From Macrostomum lignano (Eukaryota): a stretch of 64,000 nucleotides of DNA. Made by a program: the position numbers and the translations under genes. Positions 33,580 through 44,169 of the stretch are shown one piece after another. A model generated the notes under the pieces. The model worked only from the letters and a program-made list of their open reading frames with translations, was not told the origin of the DNA and made no database searches. The first letter of the stretch is position 1, and every line of letters begins with the position of its first letter. The stretch is taken from positions 10,860 to 74,859 of the forward strand of contig NIVC01002171.1 of assembly GCA_002269645.1 (NCBI GenBank), read 5' to 3'.

Positions 33580-36500
33580 GTGCGAATGAAGCGGATGCTG
33601 GTGCAGCTGAGCAGAGCAGACGAGCTGTAAGAACCGAAATTTAGAGGCAAATCAAAACAAACAGTGTCAACTAGCAAGCATACCTAAGCCTACTCAAAGA
33701 CTTTAAAGTACTCAAAAGTACTCAAAGTACTAACAGCTGTAGACGTCTGCGTCTGAAATCAACTGGCCGAAATTGAACGCAAACCTATTTTTGCTTCTCA
33801 TCCGAAAATGCTAAACCTTTTTTACTTTTACCAAAATGTTTTAATGTACTTTCCTTTATAATCTTTGCGAATGCACTTCTGTGTGTTAGGCATTCGATTT
33901 CTGCTTTTGTTCTGTTAATTGTTGATTAGAACAGAGTAGTTTTGCGTGCAATCGGATACTTTTTGTCAGGATTCAAAACCAGAGAAATTGATTGGCGTGT
34001 TATAGTTATTTATTGCCTTTGGTTCCCTCTCAAACAGCAGCTTTGTAATCTTTTGAAGACTCAACTGTCCTGCTACTCGGATACAAGCGGCTGGCCGCCG
34101 AATTCTGCACACCTTCAGTTTTTTGCAAAGGACACAGGATTTTACATTTCTTTTTTGAAGCCCGAAACTTACGAGTACTCACCTTTCAATGCACTTTTTG
34201 ATTCAATTTAATTTAGTGGTTCGTACTGGTGAAATTTATTTAGTCAAGACAGAATTGCGAACTTATTATTTGAAGTACTTTTTGTATCAATATAATTCCT
34301 CAGTTCATTGCAATGAAAGTTTTTAGTCATTTGCGGACTTCCTCCTATTGTTTTCTGACACTGAGAGTTGATATTTTAACATAATCGATAATCAGCAATC
34401 ACTAAACTAATTCTACTCCTGCAAGCTTTGCAAGCGCTGTTTCATTAACTGGTTACTAACTCTTTTAAGGCTTATTAAGCCGTTAATACCCATGTGAATG
34501 TTACAGTAACTATATTTTTTTACGTTTTAATTACAAAGTTTAGCCTTTCAACAACAACGCTTAATCTGTTTTGCATACTTGTCCTGTTCATTTACTACAA
34601 TGAACAACTGTATCTGCTTGTAACTATCTATACTTCGAGATTTGTGTGTCGTCTGAAACGAAAGAGTTGATAGTTTTAGCGCGAGTTACAAACGTACAAA
34701 TATTACAAACTCAATAAAAGTTTACAACCGCAACAAATTCACGGGGCGCTTTCATTAGGCAAAAATTTCACTTTGCTGAAAAGCACTCTCTTTCACTAGG
34801 CCGAAACTTCACATTGCCAAAAAACCATTTTAGCAGCCCCTTTCAATACGCCGAACCTTATGGAAGAGCGTGCTCGGCAATGTGAAGTTCCTCTGTCCTC
34901 TCTACATTCCTCTATACCCTCTATCCTCTCTAGCCTCTCCTCTCTACCCTCTCCTCTCTACCCTCTCTTCTCTACCCTCTCTCTTCTCTAGCCTCTCCTC
35001 TCTACCCTCTCTCCTCTCTCCCTACTTCCTTTTTCTCTTCCTTCTCTCCTCTCCTCCCTCTCTCCCTTCTCTCGTCTTTTCCCTCTTTTCTCCTCTTGTC
35101 TTCTTTCTTATCTCATCTCTCTCTGTCTCTCATGTTTCATGAGCTTGCGCTGAATTTTTCATCTGGCCCTTGAGGAAAAAAGTTTGCCAGCCTCTGGGTT
35201 AAAGCTTTGAGTCAGCTTTGCTTCTCGCAGCGCAGCACAGCGAGCCAATAGGTCGGATTCCCTGGCTCTTACTTCCCTGGCTAATTTAGACTGCCATAAC
35301 TTTGCCCCAAATAAATATATTTATTTCAAACTTGAGTCGATTGCGCCTTGATATGTTTTCTGTCCTAACATGGAGTCTCAGCTTCATAACTCAATCAGGA
35401 CAGGACAGAAACTATGAGCATGTGAAGTTTGCCTGATTTTTATCTATTCTTTCGCTTGTGGAGCAGTAGAGCAGTTAGAGAAAACAGGGAAACAGAGAAA
35501 GCTATAGAAAACAGGGAGAGAGGAGAGATGAAAAAGGCAGTAGACAAGAAGACAGATAGAGCAGCAGAGAGGACAGATGAAAGGGATGCAGGGCAGATGC
35601 AAGAGAGGGAGGATGAAAAAAGGGTACAGCGGAAGAGAAGACAGGGATAACAGAGTGAGAGTATAGACAGATCGAAGGGGGGGAGGGAGATCAGTGTGAA
35701 CAAAGGGAGAGAGGGAGAGTAGACAGATAGAAGGGACTGTGGGCAATAGGGTGGAGAGGACAGATGGAGAGAAAAAGAGACAGTAGAATCCTGCTGAAAT
35801 AAACCGACGGAATCGAACTGGTAGACCTTGTTTGGTTTTTCCTAACTTCTGTTGCATTAGCTATTTAAATATTTTTTGTTAGATTTTAAATCAAAGAAGC
35901 AAAAGAGATACAGGGTCCAAATTCTGTGGGTTTAAATTCCAGCTGTTAAAACAGCGTGTTTTCACCAAAACAAAATATCTAAACAATCAATAGTTAGTTT
36001 TGCCTGCAGAGAAATATCCAAGCTGCGCAACGGCATCCTGGAATAAAAAATCTGCGATTTTAGTGGGCACTACTCAAAGCTGTAACAGCTGCTGCAGCAT
36101 TTTTCAGATCATTGATTATGGATTTCTGGCCAACAGCATGAAGTCAAGCATTGCAGACACTGCTTGTAGTTTCACCCAGTGAGGAGCCCTTAATTCTACT
36201 GCTAAGGGGCATTTTAAGCCGGCATGTTCGATCAGCAGGTTTAGCAGCAATTTAAAATAGATGGCAAAGACAAGCCCGCTTTTCGGGAATGTGGAGTGAA
36301 TTTACAATTAATTGCATTTAGAATAGTCGAGAAGTTTCAATTTATGAGTTGTTCTAAAGAGGACATTTGTACAACTTTCCGAGTAGAGAAGGATTTCTTA
36401 AGTTGCGAAGTGAAGTCTGCCTTAGAGTAACTGGCTTGTATTTCCTTGCTCCCTGTCTGGGGATGGACGTGCAATGAATTTGACATTAATAACTTATTAT

Positions 36501-36850
36501 TGGCAGATTTAAATTATTCGCACTTCGTGCAAGTGAATGCCGCGTCCTCCAGGTGGTCAAGACGGTGAGCCGTTCTTCACTTCTGCGGCGTGATGTGTAA
36601 TTTACATTTACACAAACAGACGGGGGCCTGTTGGCTTTGACGCAATGGCGGCAGCCAACGGATTCCAATCAGGAATCATGCAACTGTGCAAATCCGTCAC
36701 GGGTTCTGTATTGAAGGCCCATTGTCTCTGTGTTAGCAAATATAATGCGCTTCACACAGCTGTGATAAGGCCTCTCGCTGCGAATCCGCTCTCTCTCTCT
36801 CTCTACTCTGAGTCCGAACTCCGCCAATTTCTCTGAAAATGCAGCCTACC

Positions 36851-37617
36851 ATGCCGGCTCTGTACAGGACCGGCATGCCGATCCTGAGCTGCCTGATCTG
36901 CGCCGCTCTCTGCCGCCAGTTCCAGATCTCGGACCTCGGCTGCTTCGTTGACGACGCGAATGGCGTGAGAGACGTCAATGACATGAAGCACATTGGCCTC
37001 ATACGGATCGGAAGCTCCGAGGTATCTCCGATAAACGATGCCAGTGGCGCTTTTGTCGGCAGCTACTCGATAATGACTCACGAGCTGTGCAGCAGCGTCT
37101 GCGCTCTGGGCGGCTTCCAGTTCGCGGCTCTGCAGGCCATATACTGGTGCTTCTGCGGCAACTCCTACGGGTCGCTGGGCGCTGCTTCTGACTCGGAATG
37201 CAATCTCGCTTGCAGTGGAAACTCGGGCCAGAACTGCGGAGGCGACTACCGAAACCGGGTGCTCCGGCTGAGCTACACGGGCAGTTTGGAAGACGCTTGC
37301 ATGAGTTGGTTAAAAGTACAAATCTCTTTCTATGTAGAAAGGCTTGGTATTAATGCAACTGGCGCTCATTTTAAACTGCAGACCGGAACGTGTTCGTTCC
37401 CGGTAACCGGACCTTCGTTGAGCTGAGCGTCCCGGATGCGCCCGCCTTCAGAACACTGCAGTGTGCCGGGCTGCCCGAGTGCCTGTACCGGTGCCGCTCC
37501 GGTTGCCAGGCGGTGATCTTCAGCCAGCAGCAGCGCCTGTGCCACCTGCTGGAGTTTGCTGCGGTCCCGGCCGCGCTCAGCAGCGCCAGCAGCGGCGACT
37601 TCTTTGTCCGCCGCTGA
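36851..37617 (+). CDS. Diverged WSC + PAN/Apple-like paralog (exons 36851-37280 and 37382-37617, GC-AG intron)
   Basis: Same Cys framework. Joining across GCAGTT...TGCAG restores the frame (YTDRNVFVPGNR). Confidence 0.75.
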
Positions 37618-37846
37618 GTGCGAATGCGACAGGTGCTGCTGCGACTGTGCAGAGCAGACGAACTTTACGAACCGCAATTTAGAGGTAGATCATGTCACAT
37701 AATTTCAACTTTTTTTGCTTCAATTTTTGTCCCGAAATTTAACAACGTTGTATTTTTATCACAACGCTTCAATTTGCTTTCCTTGATAGTCTTTGCGAAT
37801 GCGCTTCTGTGTGCAAGACATTCGGTTTCTGCTTTTGTTCCGTTAA

Positions 37847-38568
37847 CAATAGAAAGACCACGCTATTTTTCCCATGGGGAAAGACCACGGGGGTATATTG
37901 CAAATGCACACAACCCATTTCACGATTTCTCGCAAACCGAATTACCGATTTTCCTAAAAGTCCACCATATGGATCAAACTTTTCTGCCCTTTCCGACGAA
38001 CTGACTTTCAAAGTCATCCTACGTCAACATCGTCGAGATATTCAACGATTCTCCTCGGGGTGGCCGCGTGGTGGCACTCCATTGAAGGTCCCGAAGGTCG
38101 CCTTTATGTCTACAGGTCAGCCTAGAGGGTCACCATCGTCCATTTTAGTCACCGATTGTGTCTACTGACTGAATTCTGCATGCAGAAGAGGATTCTTCCA
38201 TTTCAGTTTTGGGAACGCAGCCGTCTCTGAGATACCGACGGGTGCTTTTGTTGAAGGTGCCGACGGTCGCCGCCGATGCTTCAGACGGTGCTGAAGGGGA
38301 CCCTGGTGCCTGGGATGCTGAGAACAAAGGCCTCACGACTAGTTTGTTGAGCCGACGTGGAAAATTTTTTGCCAATGTTGGTGATTTTTGCCACAAGGCA
38401 CCCCTAATCGTTGAATATCTCGACGATGCCAATTTTTCCTGATTCTCGAAGTTGCTCCATCGAATAGAGCGGAAAATTTTCATGGCAATTGGTTGAATAT
38501 TTTTGGAGATCCAGACAAAGGAAAATGTGTGTATTTGAAATACAGCCCCCCCCCTAGTCTTTCTGCTG
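37847..38568. mobile_element. 722-bp non-autonomous DNA element flanked by TTAA
   Basis: TTAA at 37843-37846 and 38569-38572, imperfect termini CAATAGAAAGAC / GTCTTTCTGCTG, an internal 20-bp inverted repeat (38031-38050 / 38406-38425), and a paralogous empty site near 29535-29550. Confidence 0.82.
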
Positions 38569-38863
38569 TTAATTGCCGTTGAGAAGAAAAGAGTAACCGT
38601 TTTGAGTGCGATCGGATGTTTTCATAATCTCTGTATTAAGCGGAAGTCATCACGATGCGTCATAATTATTTATTCCCTTCTTTTTTTCCTCCCCAAACAG
38701 CAGCTATATGATTTGTCCGGGACTCAAATTTCATGCTGTCCAGATTAAAGCGGCTTGCCTTATGCTGCGCAAGTTGAAGTTTTGGCAAACCACACAGTTC
38801 TCTCTTTGAATTTTGGATTTTTTTAATCTAATAATCCTGTTCTCTGACAATGGAAACTGGTTT

Positions 38864-38915
38864 AGCAGCGCCGGCAGCGGTGACTTCTTTGTCCGCAGCT
38901 GAGTGCGAATGAAGC
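38864..38915 (+). pseudogene. 3'-end remnant of a fourth WSC/PAN paralog
   Basis: AGCAGCGCCGGCAGCGGTGACTTCTTTGTCCGCAGCTGAGTGCGAATGAAGC matches the paralogs' last codons and 3' UTR. Confidence 0.7.
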
Positions 38916-39199
38916 CGAGTTATACATTTAGATAAGATGCGGCTTACTCATGTAAATTTAGTGTAGATTGGCTGGCCAATCGCTGTTAGCGGGGCCGGGG
39001 GGCTTTTCGTCGCCCGTGTTTGGGGGTGCTTGGTCCGGGGGTGGGTGCGCCGCCCCCGGGGCGGGGGTGGGTGTCTGTGGGGCCTTTTTAGCCCCGTGCG
39101 TTGGGCCCGCCTCAGCCTATCTCTCCTCGCCAGCTTGCATGCGATTTTTTTGCGATTTTTGGCTAGCCCAACTTAATTACTCAACTTACTCTGGGTACT

Positions 39200-40192
39200 A
39201 TGAGTTTGCGTAGGATGACTGTAAATCAGCTACGTGAAGAATTGAGTGATAGGGGCCTGAGCACGCACGGCTACAAGAAAGACCTGGTCAGCAGACTCTC
39301 CACTGCGATGAACCAGAGCGAAGCAGCTAGTCGGCGGGAACAAGCGGCGTCAAACTCCGCGGAGACCGACAGCGAAGGTCGGCGGCAGCAGCAGCAACAA
39401 CGGCTGGAGGCAGGGGAGGCGCTGGACCTAGCAGAGCTCCGGCGGAAGATAGCTAGCCTGGAATCGGAGACGGCAGCAATGCGCCAGCAGCTGGAAGGCC
39501 GATTTAGACCAGGTGAGGTGGACCAACAGCTTCTTAATGAGCCCTCTGATTTTAGTAGCGACATGAATATCCCGAGTATGCTCAGAGGTCCCGGGTTCGA
39601 GACCAGGCTCGAGCCCTCAGTAGCTCAACTAGGGCTACGGGCGGCACCACTCGTCGTTGCCGATTTCTGCGGTTGCGACCCTCGGACGGCGTCGGCGAGT
39701 CGTAGGGAAAAGGTGCTGCATCCAACCGCCAATCAGCCTAAACCCGAATCGCTGGGAATCGGTCAGTGGATAGTCGGCAACGCGCGCATCCTCGACGCCC
39801 TGATCTCTAGAGGACAGCTCGACCTGGAAGGCGTTCGGCAGTGCTTGCAGTACAATGTGCAGATCGGTGAGCTAGTCGAGGCAGGTTACGACACCACCAG
39901 GATCATGCGGTTCGACGACGCATTTAGAAGAGAGCAGCAGGCGGGCATGCAAGACTGGGCGCGACCGAGTTTCTCGCTGGTAGCACGGCACCTCATCGCC
40001 CCGCAGCAGACTCTACAACATGCCCGTTCTCGCATGGATAGGAAGATTCCGGTGATCCAAGGTGCGCCCGTGTGCCTCAAGTTCAATACCCGTGGTGGCT
40101 GCAAGTTCCAGAATTGCAAGTACACTCATGCGTGCCGGGTCTGCTTGCGCTCGGACCACGGCGAGACGCAACACGCGGCAAAAAACGAATAG
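39200..40192 (+). CDS. Gag/ORF1 with an N-terminal SAP domain and a C-terminal CCCH/CCHH zinc finger
   Basis: MTVNQLREELSDRGLSTHGYKKDLVSRL fits the SAP consensus; CLKFNTRGGCKFQNCKYTHACRVCLRSDH at the C-terminus. Confidence 0.85.
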   Translation: MSLRRMTVNQLREELSDRGLSTHGYKKDLVSRLSTAMNQSEAASRREQAASNSAETDSEGRRQQQQQRLEAGEALDLAELRRKIASLESETAAMRQQLEGRFRPGEVDQQLLNEPSDFSSDMNIPSMLRGPGFETRLEPSVAQLGLRAAPLVVADFCGCDPRTASASRREKVLHPTANQPKPESLGIGQWIVGNARILDALISRGQLDLEGVRQCLQYNVQIGELVEAGYDTTRIMRFDDAFRREQQAGMQDWARPSFSLVARHLIAPQQTLQHARSRMDRKIPVIQGAPVCLKFNTRGGCKFQNCKYTHACRVCLRSDHGETQHAAKNE

Positions 40193-40199
40193 CCGCGGC

Positions 40200-41938
40200 T
40201 CCAGTGGCCCCGGCAAGCTGGCAGCCGCAAATTTTAATCCCAAGTTTTTACTCCATTCGCGACATCAATTTCAATCCGAGTGGCTCCCTTGACGCAAATG
40301 CCTGGGCGAAGGAGCTGGACGGCGACCCCGACGGGCCTTTTTTAATTGACGGAGTCCAAAACGGCTTCGCGCTCACTACTGAAACAGATTTTAAGCCTTC
40401 CGAAGTTGATAACTACTCGTCCGCCATTGAGTACAAGACGCTGGTTGAAGAGCAATTGCAGCGTGAGATCGCCAGCGGGCGGTATGTGTCAGTCAGCCGA
40501 CGTCCGTGCAAGATCTCCGCGCTTGGTGCCATCCCGAAAGAGGACGGTGGAGTCCGTATCATCCACGACTGCAGTCGTCCGGAAGGCTGTGCGGTCAACG
40601 ACCACTTTATCGCAGACCACAAGATTAAGTTTGAAACGGTTAGCGGCCTCTGCTCACAACTCAAGCCCGGTCAAGATCGATCTCAAGGAGGCGTATCGCT
40701 CAGTAGGTGTTCATCCTTCTTCTCTCGACGCTCTGGGCATCAAATGGCAATTTAGCGGCGACAGCGAGCCTACCTACCTGGTCGACACCCGGCTGAGCTT
40801 CGGCGCTGCGACCTCGGTGTACCATTTCAACAGGCTGTCTAAGGCGGTGGTGCGCATGATGCAACAGCGCGGGTTCACCTGCGTTGGCTACCTCGACGAC
40901 TTCGCTGTGGCCGGGAGCACCTACGAGTCCTGTGTCGAGGCTTACGAGAGCTTGAGGAGCCTGGCGACGAGCCTCGGTTTCACCATCAACGAAAAGAAGT
41001 CTAGCGGGCCGTCGCGGCGCACAGTTTTCCTGGGCGTCCTGATTGACACAGAGTCGGGGATGCTGAGCATCCCACCGGCCAAGCTCAGTGCACTCGAAGA
41101 CGCACTTGGGAGCTGCTTGCATCGACGCGGTGCCATCAGCAAGCGCGACCTTCAGCGGATCTGCGGCAAGCTGTCCTGGGTGAGCAGCGTGACCAGGAAA
41201 GGCCGAGCTTCCATCCGCCCTCTACTGATGCTGGCGAGCCGGGCGACTAGACCTGGGGACAAATTGCGGCTGACCCCGCACCTCACTGAGCTGCTGCACT
41301 GGTGGAGGAGAAGCCTTCAGTCCGTTGGCTGCGCGCCCATCTGGCCTCGCTACGCTCGAAGGATCGTCATCGAGACTGACGCCTGCAACTCGGGTGGTGC
41401 CTGCATTGTTCGGGAGGCCAATAAATCCGACTGGCTCTACATCAACTGGAAGAACGACGCTGGTGGCCGTTTTGCTTCGGCCCACATCAACGTTAAGGAG
41501 ACCATCACGCCTGTCCTTAGCATCCTCGCGGCCCCGGGCCGCTTCGCCGGTGCGGACATCGTCGTGTACAGCGACAGCTCAGCGGCTGTCGGTGCGCTGA
41601 ACAAGCTCAGCTCGCCATGTAACGACGTCAACCGGCTCCTGCACACGCTGTCGCTTGCCTGCGACGCGTGGGGTCTGCGGCTGCGGGCCTTTCACGTTCC
41701 AGGCGCCTTCCAGGTCCTGGCGGACCCGGCCTCTCGCCTTGCTTCTAGAAGCGGGGCGCAGAATTTCTTTCTCCGCTTCTACCGTAGCCTGCATGATTTA
41801 GCTGCTGAATCTTGCTGCATCTCGCGCCACGCACTCTGCCCTGCCTCCGCCTCCCTTTTGCTTTTGCAGGTCCACGCCTCCTGCCTCCCGCCTACCCGGG
41901 CCGCTCCTTCGCTTTCTCGCCGACGCCTGGGCTCCTAG
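40200..41938 (+). CDS. DIRS/Ngaro-type RT-RNase H with a frameshifting deletion near 40670
   Basis: VRIIHDCSRP, KIDLKEAY, YLDDF, IETDAC, HINVKE, SDSSAAV, HVPGAFQVLADPASR. Confidence 0.88.
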
Positions 41939-41972
41939 TACGAGGGCATCGTACGCTTCAAACCTCGAACAG

Positions 41973-42881
41973 ATGCAGCGCTTCTGCAACCTCGAAGGTG
42001 TTCAGCCACTAGCGGCGTCCCCGGTGCACTTGGTCGAGTACGTGCGACGCCTGGCTAAGCGCGGCGTGGCACCCGGTAGCCTCGGTGGACACCTGGCGGC
42101 CATCAGCTGGAGCTTCAAGCTGGCGCAACTCCCCGACATCACCAAGTCCGGCCTGATCGATCTGGCAGTTAAGAGCGCCAAACGGACAAGCGGCCATTCA
42201 GTCAAGCAGAAAGACCCCATCACCCCGGCTGTTCTGCTTTCACTGGCAAACCAGGTGAACCCAAGAGATCCTGCAGACGCCGCCTTTTGGGCGGCCGTGC
42301 TCTGCTGCTTCTGGGCGCTTCTCAGGAAAGCAAATGTCTGCGGGCGCCACTCCATTCTCGTCGGCGACACTCAGGCCGATAGTCAGTGCTGGAGACTCCG
42401 AGTTCGACAGTCGAAGACCAACCAATGCGGACAAGACTACTAAGAGGCGGTGCTGCCAGCGCTCGGAAGCCACCCACTATGCCCTGTCCAAGCCCTGCGG
42501 CGGCATTTTCAGACTAACAAGCTGCGGTCTGCGCCGGCGCTCACTCGGCTGTTTTGCGTCCACATCACCGGAAGCTGGTGCCCGATGTCATCGCGTCAAT
42601 TCGACCGCCGCCTCGCTCGGGCTCTGACAGATGCGGGTTGGGCGGCGACAGCTTTCTCAGGCCACTATCTACGACGGGGTGGCGCCTGTCTGGCGTTCGA
42701 CAGCGGCCTCGACGTGGAGCAGATCAAGCGGCTGGGCGGCTGGCGCAGCGGCGCCGTTTCACGCTACCTGCCGCAGTCGGGAGGTTGCCTCCGTCTCCTG
42801 CGCCCAATGGGCAACCGTGTGCTGTCGGCACCTCCTAGCGCTCGCCTGACTCGCCCCGTCGCCGTGTACCCTACTTTTTAA
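41973..42881 (+). pseudogene. Tyrosine recombinase with one in-frame TAA (42441-42443)
   Basis: LLRKAN (R), SKTNQ (K), GHYLRRGG (HxxR), WRS (W) and SRYL (Y); both halves are in the same frame. Confidence 0.88.
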
Positions 42882-44169
42882 TCCCTTTGTTCGGGTTTTT
42901 GGGATGTTTTGCTCGTGCTCTCCAATCCTTGCCTTTGCTCTCTCCCTCCGGCCGTTCCGCTAAATAAAAATTTATCGCAGAATTTTTTACGCTTAGATTC
43001 ATTTTTTTGTTTTTTTTTGAGTGAAATTAATAATTATCGAGATTTAACGGTAGCCGTGATTTTTCCCTTTTACTCTTTAACCTACGAGCGTACTGTAGTG
43101 AATAAAATGAGTTTGTGTTTTTTAGTACACTGTCGTTTCTATAATGGGGTAACTTCAATTTTGCGTAGATTAGTTCGATCATAAACCATTTAGTAGTGTA
43201 CTATATATGTAAAACCGAGGTCCTGTTTCACTATCCTGCGCCGACGGTGACTTCTACAGGTGGGAAGCGTCATCTGACGGACCTTGATCGCATGAGTTGA
43301 TTTGTTTGGGTTGCGTTTTTTACTTTGCTTTTGTCGTTGCTGTATTTTACTTGATTATTCGAATTGAGCTGGCTTTGTCTAAACTGATAATAGTAAGTTG
43401 AATTTTAAATAAACTCATTTCAAATGCGGGCGCGAACTCGCCACGAGTGCTCTGATCAGTTATATCTTCTTGATCCCTCAATGCTAATGTTGTTTGAGAA
43501 GCTGTTTTGCAGTCAGGATGCGGAACAAGTACTCACTGAAATGAAATTGATCTGATGCAGCTCGGCAGCACACCGAGATCTTGGCAATTTGCATCGGAAA
43601 CTTTTTGAGTTGCTACTGAAGGAAAACGCCGAGTGTAATGTACAGACAGACGACTTTGAGATGACTTTGAGACGAAGTCAATTAGCAATCGACATAAAGC
43701 ATGAACCGTTTTTTTATAATTTATCCTAACTTTATTATTTACAATTTATCGATTTTTCGAGCCCAGAAGGCTGCAGGCTGAAGCTCAGGTGAAGCAGAAT
43801 CTGGCACGGGAATAATCCGATTAGATTCACCATGCTCCATGATTCACTCTAGCAGAGCTGCTTCGCTTCGCTGCCTGTGTGAGCCAGCTCGAGCTGAGAC
43901 TCACTCGCTAGCAGATTGGCAGCGGGCCGTCACAGCTGGATTGCCCTGGATGAAATCCATCAGCTGCATCCACTGCCGGCTTTGGAGTCACTGCTGCTGT
44001 AGGTAAAGCCGTTGTTTGTCACCTACCTTAAATCTCTCGATTAAAGGCATTATTACGATCTGCAAAGCTGATATTTGAGTCATTGCACAGTCATTTGCCG
44101 GTCATAGTCTGAGCATAGCTTACACCTTGGATTCTGAGCAGTCTGAGCTATTGTTAACTCTTGCCTGTT

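Larger units (their letters stand above)
38962..43190 (+). mobile_element. Ngaro-like tyrosine-recombinase retrotransposon (gag, RT/RH, YR), lightly degenerate; boundaries approximate
   Basis: Three overlapping ORFs in Ngaro order. No complete split repeats were recognised at the 3' end. Confidence 0.88.

Noticed and set aside
34740-35860. CT-rich and GA-rich tracts with TAGGC..AA.TTCAC motifs as a possible MITE
   Set aside because: Termini and TSD could not be defined; the purine/pyrimidine tracts are not true inverted copies.
38145-38483. THAP-like tail RRYLRDGCVP in a minus-strand ORF
   Set aside because: No upstream C2CH residues (CxxxxC...CxxHF) in any frame examined.
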